Origin: a bacterium
GTDB taxonomy: Bacteria > Myxococcota_A > Polyangia > Nannocystales > Nannocystaceae
Assembly: GCA_024742475.1 (NCBI GenBank)
Contig: JANSYI010000017.1
Span: 74,529-138,528 of the forward strand
Length of the DNA: 64,000 nt
Direction of reading: 5' to 3'
This document shows, one piece after another, positions 9,617 through 19,588 of this stretch. Position numbers and translations under genes: made by a program. Position 1 is the stretch's first letter, and the number at the start of each line of letters is the position of its first letter. Below the pieces are notes generated by a model, which saw only the letters and a list, made by a program, of their open reading frames with translations, was not told the origin of the DNA and made no database searches.

Positions 9617-10273
9617 TCAGGAACCGCAGGCGTCGGGGATGACGAAGGTGTCTTCCTGACCCGAGGGCGGAACGCAGCAACCTTCTTGGGTATTGGTCGC
9701 GCAGGCCATCTCGATGTCGTCGGCGGCGGTTTGGTTGAGGTCGTCCTTGCAGACGCAGAGCTTCTCGCAGCAGAACTCGCCGAGCGTCTGAATCCGCGCA
9801 CAGGTGAAGCCCGACTCACACGCGGTGTCGTCGACGACGACCTGCTGGGTGATACCAGCGCTTTGGCAGTCGGCGTCGCTGCTGCACTTCTTCGAGCACA
9901 TCGAGCGCTCGAGGACGTACTGGTTGCGAAGCTTGCAGCTCCCGACGCCTTCGCTGTCGGCGACGCACTCGAAGCGGTTCTTCGAGGGATCGACCTCGTT
10001 GCAGCTCTGGTCTCCTGCTGGGCCAGGCTCGCAACCGAACGCGGGTGCCTCTTCCTCGTCGGCGTAGACGCACAGCAGCTCGTCGCAGCTGAGCGCCGGG
10101 AACGTGACGAGCTTGGATTCGGGCGGCTCGATCCGTCCGTGGTTGCACGGCGCACCCACGTCGCCCTTTGGACAGGCGGAGAGGGCGGGCGCGATGCAGA
10201 GCACACCGAGCGTCATGGCGGCACGGCGGAGCCACTGGAGCGGGAGGCGACGGGACGATTCGTTCGTTTGCAT
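9617..10273 (-). CDS. Cysteine-rich secreted lipoprotein, function unknown
   Basis: ATG at 10273. Signal peptide plus lipobox (LGVLCIAPALSAC). The mature part has 20 further Cys. Confidence 0.65.
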   Translation of the reverse strand: MQTNESSRRLPLQWLRRAAMTLGVLCIAPALSACPKGDVGAPCNHGRIEPPESKLVTFPALSCDELLCVYADEEEAPAFGCEPGPAGDQSCNEVDPSKNRFECVADSEGVGSCKLRNQYVLERSMCSKKCSSDADCQSAGITQQVVVDDTACESGFTCARIQTLGEFCCEKLCVCKDDLNQTAADDIEMACATNTQEGCCVPPSGQEDTFVIPDACGS

Positions 10274-10782
10274 GTCGGGCTCTCGGGGGGGCGGCCGACG
10301 TCTCCGCGACGGGATGACGGCGGCAAAAGCCATTGGCCACGCTAGGGCCAGGTCCGGGGCACGCCGGGGCACCACCTCCGAACTCGCGCCATCGTACACC
10401 TACGGGCCGCGCGGTCAAGCGCGTCAGAACGGCAGTTGTCGGCCGTTTCGATCTCCTCGGGCCGATCGAGGCTTCGCGGGTGTGGCGGATCTCCCTGCGG
10501 GGCAGCCTGACGCACGTGCAGTGAAAGAACTGTAAAGCGGCTTTCGGGGATGAGGTGGCCAGTCAAGGCTTTTGGCGTGTGGACCGGTCGCTCGAGCCGC
10601 CGCGGCGCAGAAGGCTCCCGCGGCCCCAGAAGCCAGCCGCGGCCGATCGTGAAGGGATGGGAACCCCCCGCGCGGACGCCCCGTGACACCAGCGCCGTGG
10701 TCCCGGGAGTTCGCAAGATCACCGACCGATCAAAACTGCGAAAAGCGCCGGCTATCGCTCGGTTGCTGCCGGATGTGCGGTC

Positions 10783-10812
10783 TTGCGACGCGGCGTCGGC
10801 CACTGGTAGTGT
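10783..10812 (+). promoter_or_regulatory. Candidate sigma70-type promoter upstream of the Glt-like cluster
   Basis: TTGCGA (10783-10788), 18-nt spacer, TAGTGT (10807-10812), about 150 nt upstream of ATG 10961. Pattern match only. Confidence 0.2.
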
Positions 10813-10960
10813 CCATCCCCGTCGAAGAGGGGGTTGTCCTACCCAGGTGCCCTCGCGAGACCGGACGGAGGCTCGTCACGCCCCGTCCGCATCCCAGAGC
10901 CCGACCCGCTCTGGACCCGACGTGGCCCTAGGCCAGCCCCACACCCAACTCGAAATCCTC

Positions 10961-12748
10961 ATGTCCAACAAGACCTCGCGCAGGCACTCGGCGTCCTCCT
11001 TGTCTTCCCGTCTCAGCATCGTGCTGGGCCTCTCCCTCGCTCTGACGGCGACGAGCGCGAGCGCGTCCTTCGAGGGTCCGCCGCCGCCGCCCGATCCCGG
11101 AGGCGGTCCCCCGCCTGCGCCCGACGCTGCTGCTCCGCCGGCGCCGCCCGCAGCGCCCGCGCCCTCGGCCACCGCAGGTGGTTCCAACGCGCAAGGCGAA
11201 GCGCTCTACAAGGCCGAGGACTTTCAAGCCTCCGCGATCCAGTTCTACAAGATCGCCGCCGGCGAGATCCCCGGAGACCAGCCGCGCGCGCAGTACTGGC
11301 TCGGCAAGGCGCTCTACAAGCTCGAGTTCTACTCGGCGTCGCTTTCGATCTTCGACGAGATCGTCGCCGCCGGTCCTTCGCACCCGTTCCACAAGCTGAC
11401 GCTGCCCTGGCTCGCGTCGCTGTCCCGCGAGCTGCCCGAGGGCGCCGAGGTGCTGCAGAAGATCGGTACGTACAAGCCCACCGACCTCGAGGACGCCGAC
11501 TTCGACGAGGTTCGAGACGAGCTCTACTACCTGCTGGGTCGCTTCCACTACCAAAAGGGCGACCTGCCGCAAGCCATCGCACTGCTGGACCAGGTCCCCA
11601 AGAACTCCGACTACTACATCCCCTCGCAGTTCTTCCTCGGCGTCGCGCACACCCGCGACTTCAAGGGGGAGCCCGCGGTCGAGGCGTTCAAGTCGGTCAT
11701 CCGTCGGTCGGTCGAGCTGCGTGACGCGGCCGCCGCCAACAAGAAGGCCAACAAGAAGAAGGCCCGCAAGGAGAAGCGTGCGCTGGCCAAGAAGAACAAG
11801 GGCAAGCGCAAGCGCAAGGACAAGACCAGCGTCGAGCTCAGCTTCGAAGAAGAGATGAAGCAGTACCAGGACCTCGCGTCCTTGGGCCTGGCCAACATCT
11901 TCTACATGGTCGGCAAGTTCGACACCGCCACGAAGTACCTCGACCAGATCGACCTCACCTCCAAGTACTTCCTCGACGGCGTGCACTGGGCCGCCTGGGC
12001 GGAGTTCCGCAAGGTCGAAGTCGACGACGCCAACGCGAACCGGCACTACCAGCGCACGCTGGGCTACGTGCACACGCTCAACGCGCCGTTCTTCTACGAC
12101 TACCTCTACCCCGACGCCCTGAAGCTCAAGGCGGTCACGTACTACTTCAACTGCCGCTACGACTCGGCGAAGCGCACGGTCGACGAGTTCAACCGTCGCT
12201 ACCCCGACACCATGAAGGAGCTGCAGGGCATCCTCGAGCAAGCGCCCGAAGACTTCGCGCTGTACGAACTCGCCGACAAGATCCTCGAGGACAGCTCGGG
12301 TCTCGACCCGTTCGTCGAGCAGGTCGCACAGAAGGCGCTCCAGGACAAGACCCTCTCCAAGTACTTCGAGTACGTCGACGAGCTCGAGCGCGAGCAGGTG
12401 CTCCTCGAGGAGATGAGCGGCGAGTTCATCGGTAGCGGGGTCGGCGAGCGCGTCAGCGAGGATCTCGACCTGGCCGCCTCCGCCGCCAAGGAGCGCACGG
12501 GCGCCGAAGCTCGCTCCCGGATCACCAAGCAGATCAAGGAGATCAAGGAGCTCAACAAAGAGATGATCAAGGTCGAGTACGAGATTCAGGAGAAGCGCAA
12601 AGAGCAGAAAGAGCTCGAATCGGTGCCTCCGAAGCCTCAGACCCCTGACATCGATCAGGAGCACGAGATCTACAACTACAACGGCGAATACTGGCAGGAC
12701 GAACTCGGCTACTACCGCTACGAGGTCACCAGTCTTTGTAAGGAATGA
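10961..12748 (+). CDS. Secreted TPR/coiled-coil protein, first gene of the Glt-like cluster (possible GltC/NfsC analogue)
   Basis: ATG 10961 gives a signal peptide (LSIVLGLSLALTATSASA). A Pro-rich linker, TPR-like helices, an internal poly-basic insert and a C-terminal coiled coil follow. It sits immediately upstream of the GltD-like gene. Confidence 0.7.
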   Translation: MSNKTSRRHSASSLSSRLSIVLGLSLALTATSASASFEGPPPPPDPGGGPPPAPDAAAPPAPPAAPAPSATAGGSNAQGEALYKAEDFQASAIQFYKIAAGEIPGDQPRAQYWLGKALYKLEFYSASLSIFDEIVAAGPSHPFHKLTLPWLASLSRELPEGAEVLQKIGTYKPTDLEDADFDEVRDELYYLLGRFHYQKGDLPQAIALLDQVPKNSDYYIPSQFFLGVAHTRDFKGEPAVEAFKSVIRRSVELRDAAAANKKANKKKARKEKRALAKKNKGKRKRKDKTSVELSFEEEMKQYQDLASLGLANIFYMVGKFDTATKYLDQIDLTSKYFLDGVHWAAWAEFRKVEVDDANANRHYQRTLGYVHTLNAPFFYDYLYPDALKLKAVTYYFNCRYDSAKRTVDEFNRRYPDTMKELQGILEQAPEDFALYELADKILEDSSGLDPFVEQVAQKALQDKTLSKYFEYVDELEREQVLLEEMSGEFIGSGVGERVSEDLDLAASAAKERTGAEARSRITKQIKEIKELNKEMIKVEYEIQEKRKEQKELESVPPKPQTPDIDQEHEIYNYNGEYWQDELGYYRYEVTSLCKE

Positions 12749-12893
12749 GCTTACCCGAGCCGGCTCTCGTGGCGCGCACGAGGTCCGGCTCTCCCTGGCT
12801 CGGGAACTTTTCCCGGGCCAAACCACTCAGGAACGGAAGCCGGCCGTACTCGAACCCTCCGGGGCAGGGGCGGCCAACGAGAAGAGGTCCAAG

Positions 12894-15800
12894 ATGTCGT
12901 CCAACAACTACAAGTACAGCCGTTCGCCCGTGGCGCTCGGCATCATGACCGGGGTCATCGGCACCATGCTGCTCGCCAGCCCCACGACGGCGCTCGCGCA
13001 GGATGCCGATGGGGACAAGGCCGTCCGCTACGAGCGGAAGTCGGGGAAGGTGAAAGCCAAGAACACCCTCGACACCAAGTTCAAGAAGAAGCAGAAGGCG
13101 GCCGAGAAGGACAAGAAGAAGGAAGTCCAGATGATGGACGCCGCCGCCTTTGCACGGCAGAAGGAAGCCGTCGCGCAGGAGGTCGCCGACAAGCAGATCG
13201 GCACGCTCAAGCGTCTGCTCAACGCCTCGGAGCCCACCGATCCCGAGTATCCCGACCTCCTGTTCCGCCTCGCGGACCACTACCTCGACAAGAAGGCCTA
13301 CTTCGACCTCCAGGCCGGCTCGCTGTACGAGCAGATCTATGCCGCCGAAGAGGCGGGCCAGGGTGCCAAGGCCAAGCAGCTCAAGCAAAAGCAGAAGACC
13401 TTCGAGAAGAAGTCGAAGGAGGCTTCGGCCGACGCGGTCAAGATCTACAAGGCGCTGGTCAACTCCAAGGCGTTCGCCAAGTACAAGCGCCTCGACGAGG
13501 CGATCTACTTCTACGCGTTCGAGCTCGGCCAGCTCGGCCGTGACGCGGAGATGCAGGACGCGTACCTGCGCCTCATTCGCGACTACCCCACGTCGAAGTA
13601 CATCCCGAACGCCTACCTCAGCTTCGCGGACTTCAAGTTCGGCAACAACAAGATCGACGAAGCGCTTCAGCTCTACCAGAAGATCGTCGACGGCTACCCC
13701 GACAGCCCCGTCTACGCGTACGCGCTCTACAAGATCGGCTGGTGCCACCTCAACCCGATCGGCACCGCCGAGCCGCAGTACCGCACCAGCCTCGACTACT
13801 TCGTGCGCACGGTGAAGGCCACGCTCTCGGGCAAGGCCGGCAGCGAAGCCAACGCCAAGCAGCTCCGCCGCGACGCTCGCCGCGACATGGTCAAGGCCTA
13901 CGTCAACGCGGGCAAGCCCTCGGCTGCCTGGGGCTTCTTCCAGAAGGTCGGCAACGGCCCCAAGAAGGAAGAGAACATGGCCAAGAAGCAGATGGAGCTG
14001 CTGGCCAACGCCTACTTCGGCAACGGCATGTACGTCGAGTCGTCCTCCATCTACAAGACGCTGCAGTCCGAGTTCGGCTCGGATCCCAAGCGCTGCGAGT
14101 GGCAGGCCCAGGTCGTCGTCAACGCGCTCGCGACCGACAACAAGGAGATCCAGTGGAAGGAGACCGACCGTCTCGCCAACTTCTGGGAAGACTACAAGGA
14201 CTCCAACTTCAAGAAGGCCACCAAGAAGAAGTGCCGCGACGAGGCGCGCGACACGATGCGGCAGATGGCGACCGTCTGGCACGACGAAGCCGAGAAGACC
14301 CGCAAGCCCGAGACCTACGACCTGTCCGAGAAGGCGTACCGTGCATTCACGACGCACTTCCCCAAGGACAAGGACGCCTACGAGATGCAGTTCTACTTTG
14401 CGGAGCTGCTGTGGGCGCAGGGGGTCAACAACTACAACTCCAAGAGCCGTGACCAGCAGGAAGTGGGCCTCAAGCACTTCCGCAACGCGCACGACGAGTT
14501 CGTCAAGGTCCTCGAGATCAAGCCCGACGGCAAGTACACCAAGGACGCCGCCTACGCCCAGATGCTGGCGATGAAGAACGCCCTCGAGTACGACGAGACC
14601 GGCGGCAAGAAGAAGGCCTGCAAGACCAACTCGGAGGGCGTCTGCGTCTACCGAGACAAGAAGGTCAAGAAGAAGAAGCGGGACAAGGACACCGAGACCA
14701 ACACGGCGCAGGAGTTCCCCGAGACGGAGTACACCGACGACGAAAAGGCGATGCTCAGCGCCTACGACGTCTATCAGAAGTACATCAAGGACGCGAAGGA
14801 CAAGGAACTCCCGAAGATCCAGTACCACCGCGCCAAGCTGATGATGATCCACAACAAGTTCGACGAAGCCGAACCTGTGCTCAAGGAGATCGTCAAGAAG
14901 TTCGACGGCCAGGTCTACGCTGCCTGGGCCGCGGAGATGCTCGTCGACCTGCTCGTCATCCGTTGGACCGACAAGGACAACACCCCCGAGCAGACCGTCG
15001 CCGCGTCCGAAGAGCTCGAGAAGTGGGCCACCGACCTGCAGAAGGCCAAGCTGTGGAAGCACGAGGAATCGGCTCGCCTCCGTGAGGCGATCCCGGGCTA
15101 CCTCGCGGGCATCGGCTGGAAGAAAGCCATGGCCTACCAGGAGCAGGGCAAGCAGGGCGACCCGGACGGCTACGTCAAGTGCGCCGACACCTTCGTTCAG
15201 GTCTACAACGACCACGAAGACCACGACCGCGCCGACACGCTGCTCTTCAACGCTGCACGCTGCTACGAAGCCGCCTACCTCGTGGGCAAGGCCATCAAGA
15301 TTCGGACCGCGCTCCTCGAGGCGCACCCGAGCAGCGAGCACTACCAGCAGACGCTCAAGGAGCTTGGCCAAAACTACCAGGCGGTCGCGTACTACGACGA
15401 CGCGGCGTCGCGCTACGAGCAGTACGCGGACAAGTACACCAAGGACGACTTCACGCCCGAAGCCCTCCAAAACGCGTACCTGTTCCGCCTCGGCCTCGGC
15501 AACGAAGAGAAGGCGCAGACGAACCTCACCAAGTTCGAGGGGCTCTACCGCCGCAAGGACCCGAGCACTGCCGCCAAGATCTTCTGGTCGAAGCACGAGC
15601 TGCTCGACACCGAAGAAGAGAGGCTCGCGCACGCTCGCGAGTTCGTCTCGCGATACGGCACCAAGGGTGGCGTCGACCGTCGCGTCGTCGCCGAGGCGGC
15701 GATCGGCCAGATCCTCTGGCGTCAGTCGTGCTCCAAGCCGCTGCTCTTCGACAGCTGCATCAGCGTCAAGCGCCAAAAAGCCAGCGCGGGTAAGGACACC

Positions 15801-16703
15801 CGTGAGAAGGCCCGTAAGCTTCGCCGCAAGGCCAAGAAGAAGAAGAACGACCTTCCGAAGTACTGCGGTAACCCGACCCAGGGCATCGTCACCGTCCACA
15901 GCCGCGACGCCAAGAAGGCCAAGCAGGCCCAAGGCCACTTCTCCACGGCGCTGAAGCTCTCCGGCAAGAAGCCCAGCATCCCCAAGGACGAGGTCGAGCG
16001 CGCCGAGGCGTACAAGAACGCCGTCGGCATGTCGATGGTCTACTCCGCCGACCAGCGGTACGAGGAGTACCTGCAGAACACGATGCCCGAGGGGCTCGAC
16101 TTCACCGTCGAGGAGTGGAAGAAGGACTCCGGTCTTCCCAAGTGGGAGCGTGAGTACAAAGAGCAGATGAAGACCGCCCAAGAGTCGAAGAAGCGATTCA
16201 AGGAGTTCTTCGACAAGAAGGTCGCGCTCGCGAAGGAGCTGCAAGAGCGCTACGCGAAGGTCAAGGCCTCGGGCAGCCCGTACTGGGTCCTGGCCGCCGC
16301 GGCACGCTCGGCGATCACCATGCAGAACTTCGCAGACCAGCTGTATCGCGCCGAGGTGCCTCGCAGCTTCAAGGTCGAAGACCAGGTCTTCGCCTACTGC
16401 GATGCTCTCGCCGACCAGGCCGCCATGCCTCAGAAGCTGGCCAACGACGCGTTCACCTACTGCCTCGAGCGCTCCACCGAGTATCAGTTCTTCAACGAGT
16501 TCAGCCGCATGTGTGAGGCCGAGCTCCAGCAGCGTGACCCGGAGAAGTTCCCGGCCACCGAAGAGCTGTTCGGCACGTCGGTCTACACCGACAGCCGCCT
16601 CGACGTCGTCGGCGTTCAGACCTCGCTCGACGGCGAGGCGCCCAAGGCAAAGAAGAAAGCCGCCAAGAAGGAAGAGGACGGAGCGTCCGAGCAAGGCCTC
16701 TAG
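12894..16703 (+). CDS. gltD: Large periplasmic TPR protein, GltD/AgmU-like
   Basis: 1269 aa with a signal peptide (GTMLLASPTTALAQ) and TPR-like repeats throughout. It is followed by GltE-like and GltG-like genes. Size and gene order match M. xanthus AgmU as I recall it (about 1200 aa). No alignment was run. Confidence 0.7.
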   Translation: MSSNNYKYSRSPVALGIMTGVIGTMLLASPTTALAQDADGDKAVRYERKSGKVKAKNTLDTKFKKKQKAAEKDKKKEVQMMDAAAFARQKEAVAQEVADKQIGTLKRLLNASEPTDPEYPDLLFRLADHYLDKKAYFDLQAGSLYEQIYAAEEAGQGAKAKQLKQKQKTFEKKSKEASADAVKIYKALVNSKAFAKYKRLDEAIYFYAFELGQLGRDAEMQDAYLRLIRDYPTSKYIPNAYLSFADFKFGNNKIDEALQLYQKIVDGYPDSPVYAYALYKIGWCHLNPIGTAEPQYRTSLDYFVRTVKATLSGKAGSEANAKQLRRDARRDMVKAYVNAGKPSAAWGFFQKVGNGPKKEENMAKKQMELLANAYFGNGMYVESSSIYKTLQSEFGSDPKRCEWQAQVVVNALATDNKEIQWKETDRLANFWEDYKDSNFKKATKKKCRDEARDTMRQMATVWHDEAEKTRKPETYDLSEKAYRAFTTHFPKDKDAYEMQFYFAELLWAQGVNNYNSKSRDQQEVGLKHFRNAHDEFVKVLEIKPDGKYTKDAAYAQMLAMKNALEYDETGGKKKACKTNSEGVCVYRDKKVKKKKRDKDTETNTAQEFPETEYTDDEKAMLSAYDVYQKYIKDAKDKELPKIQYHRAKLMMIHNKFDEAEPVLKEIVKKFDGQVYAAWAAEMLVDLLVIRWTDKDNTPEQTVAASEELEKWATDLQKAKLWKHEESARLREAIPGYLAGIGWKKAMAYQEQGKQGDPDGYVKCADTFVQVYNDHEDHDRADTLLFNAARCYEAAYLVGKAIKIRTALLEAHPSSEHYQQTLKELGQNYQAVAYYDDAASRYEQYADKYTKDDFTPEALQNAYLFRLGLGNEEKAQTNLTKFEGLYRRKDPSTAAKIFWSKHELLDTEEERLAHAREFVSRYGTKGGVDRRVVAEAAIGQILWRQSCSKPLLFDSCISVKRQKASAGKDTREKARKLRRKAKKKKNDLPKYCGNPTQGIVTVHSRDAKKAKQAQGHFSTALKLSGKKPSIPKDEVERAEAYKNAVGMSMVYSADQRYEEYLQNTMPEGLDFTVEEWKKDSGLPKWEREYKEQMKTAQESKKRFKEFFDKKVALAKELQERYAKVKASGSPYWVLAAAARSAITMQNFADQLYRAEVPRSFKVEDQVFAYCDALADQAAMPQKLANDAFTYCLERSTEYQFFNEFSRMCEAELQQRDPEKFPATEELFGTSVYTDSRLDVVGVQTSLDGEAPKAKKKAAKKEEDGASEQGL

Positions 16704-16739
16704 GTCATCGGCCCGAATCACATCACGAGGAACACCGAT

Positions 16740-18158
16740 ATGCGTATCCAACGATTTTTCGGACTCATGGCCCTTTCCCTGGCTCTGACCACGGGCGCGG
16801 CCTGCAAGAACAAGGACAAGGAAACCAACAACCCCGCCGGCGGTGCCGCGGGGGCGGCGACCGACCCGAGCAAGGCGTCGGCCGAAGCCAAGAAGGCCTT
16901 CTCCGACGTGGCCGCGCGCTACGACAAGGCCGCGGCCTCGGGCAAGCTCAGCGCGGCTCAGTGCGAGTCCTTCTCCAAGGACTTCCAGGCCGTCTACAAG
17001 GAGTACGGCTCCCAGATGACCATCGCCTGGTTCAACTCGGGCGCGGTGCTCGAGGAGTGCGGCAAGACCAAGGAGGCCGAGGCGATCTACGAGGCGATCA
17101 TCAAAAAGGAGCCCAAGTTCGACCTCGCCTACAACAACCTGGGCGTCATTTACTGGAACCGCAAGAAGGAGAGCAAAGCGCTCGACTACTTCAAGCGGGC
17201 CGTGGACGCCAACCCCAAGACCAAGGCTCCGCGAAACAACCTCGCGGCGGCGCTTCGCGACAAGTACTCCAACGACCCCAAGCAGGACGACTTCTCCAAG
17301 GCGGAGCGCAACCTGCAGACGGTGCTCGCGGTCGACTCGTCCAACCAGCTCGCCTACGAGAACCTCGCGCGCCTCTACTACGACCGCGGCCGTCTCAAGG
17401 ACAAGTCGTACATCCTTCTCGCCGACCTCGTCGTCACCCAGTCGCTTCGCGTCTTCGGTGAGTCGGGCGTCGAGAGCCCCGACATCTACAACATCAAGGG
17501 GCTCATCTTCATGGAGCGTGACAACCAGGTCGACGCACTCAAGGCCTTCACCAAGGCTGCCGAGATCAAGCCCGACCACGCCGACGCGCACATGAACATC
17601 GCGATGATCTCCATCCGCTTCCGCGACTACGCGCAGGCGGAGAAGAGCCTCAACATCGCGCTGAAGGACTCGCGCCAGAAGAAGAACGTCGAGACCTACC
17701 TTGGCCTCGGTGTCGCGCAACGCGGTCTTCGGAAATACAAAGAGGCCGAGAAGTCCTTCCAGAAGGCGATGGACATCAGCGCCAAGGACCCGCGCCCGCT
17801 GTACAACCTCGGCGTGCTGTACCAGGGCCACATCGGCCCCAACAGCGACGGCGACGGGCTCAAGGAGAACGACACTGCCAAGGGGTTCTTCAACAAGTTC
17901 ATCAGCAAGGCGTCTGGTGACAAGGAGCTGACCGAGACGGTGGCCGATGCCAAGCAGCGCATCGAGAACATCGAGCAGTACAAGAAGGACCTCGAGGAGA
18001 TGAAGAAGCTCGAGGCCGAAGCCAAGAAACTCGAGGAGCTTCAGAAGAAGCAAGAGGCGGAGGAGCGCAAGCGCCTGCTCGACCTCGAGAAGAAAGCTCG
18101 CGACGCTGCGGCTGCCGCATCGGGCGGTGGCGCGGCTGCGGCCGAAGAGAAGAAGTAG
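16740..18158 (+). CDS. gltE: TPR lipoprotein, GltE/AglT-like (copy 1)
   Basis: Lipobox LALTTGAAC, TPR repeats, a conserved YNLGVLYQGHIGPNSDGDG block and a C-terminal charged coiled coil. At 472 aa it is close to the size I recall for AglT. Confidence 0.7.
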   Translation: MRIQRFFGLMALSLALTTGAACKNKDKETNNPAGGAAGAATDPSKASAEAKKAFSDVAARYDKAAASGKLSAAQCESFSKDFQAVYKEYGSQMTIAWFNSGAVLEECGKTKEAEAIYEAIIKKEPKFDLAYNNLGVIYWNRKKESKALDYFKRAVDANPKTKAPRNNLAAALRDKYSNDPKQDDFSKAERNLQTVLAVDSSNQLAYENLARLYYDRGRLKDKSYILLADLVVTQSLRVFGESGVESPDIYNIKGLIFMERDNQVDALKAFTKAAEIKPDHADAHMNIAMISIRFRDYAQAEKSLNIALKDSRQKKNVETYLGLGVAQRGLRKYKEAEKSFQKAMDISAKDPRPLYNLGVLYQGHIGPNSDGDGLKENDTAKGFFNKFISKASGDKELTETVADAKQRIENIEQYKKDLEEMKKLEAEAKKLEELQKKQEAEERKRLLDLEKKARDAAAAASGGGAAAAEEKK

Positions 18159-18182
18159 TCTTCATCGCACTCTGTGCGCAAG

Positions 18183-18211
18183 GCGGCGGGCCGGTTGGTC
18201 CGCCGCTTTTT
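18183..18211 (+). terminator. Rho-independent terminator after gltE-like copy 1
   Basis: GCGGCGGGCC-ggtt-GGTCCGCCGC forms a 10-bp stem with one G-U pair, followed by TTTTT. Confidence 0.7.
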
Positions 18212-18266
18212 CGTGGTTGATGCGTCCTTCCCCGGAGCCGTCCAGAAACTTCGATAGGCTCCGCGC

Positions 18267-19544
18267 ATGCGTCGAATCGGGTGGGTCTTGGGTTCTTGTC
18301 TCTTGTTCGGGTGTCCATCGGACGACGATGAGGGTGGCGGTGGCGGTGGCGAGTCGGGAGAGGCGGGCGGGACCGAAGCCACGGGCACCACGGGCGCCTC
18401 GACGTCCGGAACGAATTCGACTGACGAGTCGACAACGACGACCGGTGCGGCAGACGTCTCGACGGGCGACACCTCGAGCACTGGGGCCTCCTCGGCCGAG
18501 AACACCGACGCCTGCGAGGGCGCTACCTTGCGCGCAAAGCCCAACGACACGTCGATGCGCGGACCGTGGCCGGTGGGGACGCGAACCGTCACGGTAGACG
18601 ACCTGACGGTCGAGGTTTTCTACCCGGCCGCAGAACAACCCAGCGGCGACCCGGTGCGCTTCGACATTCGAGACGCGCTCCCACCTGAAGAGGCGGCGAA
18701 GATCAGCGACGAGCAGAACCCCTGGCAGATCTGCGATTGCGGACGCGACCTCCCCATCGACGACGCGTACGGCCCGTATCCGGTGATCGTGTTCGTGCAC
18801 GGGACCGCGGGTTGGCGCACGCAGTCGCTGCGACACATGACGCACTGGGCCAGCCGCGGGTTCGTCGTGCTGACCGCCGACCACCCCGGCTTGATGCTGC
18901 GCGACATTCTCGCGCCGCTGTGCGGTGGCGAGGCGGCGCCCCGCGACCTCGACTCGGATCTGGAGGCGATGCTCGCCGCGATTCGTGGCGAGACGCCGGC
19001 GCTGTCCGAGTTCGCCGGGGTGCTCGACGCCGAGCGCATCGGCATGACCGGTCACTCCGCGGGCGGCGGCGCCGTGGGCCCCTACTCGGACGACGCGCAG
19101 GTCATCATCCCGCTCGCTGCGGGACCCGTGGTCGGCAGCGGGTCTGCGATCGTCTCCTCGATGATCCTCGGCGGTACGGCAGACACCGTGGTCCAGTACT
19201 CCGCACTTCAGTCGGGGTACGGCTCGTCCGCGTCTCCCAAGCGCCTCGTCGGCATCGGCAACGCCGGACACCTCGTGCCCTCCGAGATCTGCACGGCCTC
19301 CAACGAAGCGGGACAAAATCTGCTCGAGATCGCCGACGAGACCGGGGTGTGCGGAGCAGGGGCCGCGGGCTTCCTCTTCCAGTGCAGCGACGCCCTCCTC
19401 GACGATGAGACCGGATGGGCGATCGTCGAGTACGCGACCTCGGCCGCGTTCGAGGAGGTCCTGCACTGCTCGTCGATCGGCACCGAGAACCTCGCGTCGA
19501 TCCAGACCGTCTATCCCGACGTGGTCGAGTTCTTGGCCGAGTAG
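18267..19544 (+). CDS. Alpha/beta-hydrolase lipoprotein (PAF-acetylhydrolase/chlorophyllase/dienelactone-hydrolase-like)
   Basis: Lipobox LLFGC, a Gly/Thr/Asp linker, YPVIVFVHG, and the nucleophile elbow GHSAGG. Confidence 0.7.
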   Translation: MRRIGWVLGSCLLFGCPSDDDEGGGGGGESGEAGGTEATGTTGASTSGTNSTDESTTTTGAADVSTGDTSSTGASSAENTDACEGATLRAKPNDTSMRGPWPVGTRTVTVDDLTVEVFYPAAEQPSGDPVRFDIRDALPPEEAAKISDEQNPWQICDCGRDLPIDDAYGPYPVIVFVHGTAGWRTQSLRHMTHWASRGFVVLTADHPGLMLRDILAPLCGGEAAPRDLDSDLEAMLAAIRGETPALSEFAGVLDAERIGMTGHSAGGGAVGPYSDDAQVIIPLAAGPVVGSGSAIVSSMILGGTADTVVQYSALQSGYGSSASPKRLVGIGNAGHLVPSEICTASNEAGQNLLEIADETGVCGAGAAGFLFQCSDALLDDETGWAIVEYATSAAFEEVLHCSSIGTENLASIQTVYPDVVEFLAE

Positions 19545-19588
19545 CGCGACCGCGGGAACACGCGCCGGGCAGCCCCGTGCAAGGGTTC

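Noticed and set aside
12726-18053. 1775-aa ORF on the minus strand
   Set aside because: It is antisense to the GltD-like and GltE-like genes. The translation is a monotonous L/V/G/R/E/D sequence with no motifs. High GC3 on the sense strand suppresses antisense stops, so this is a shadow ORF.
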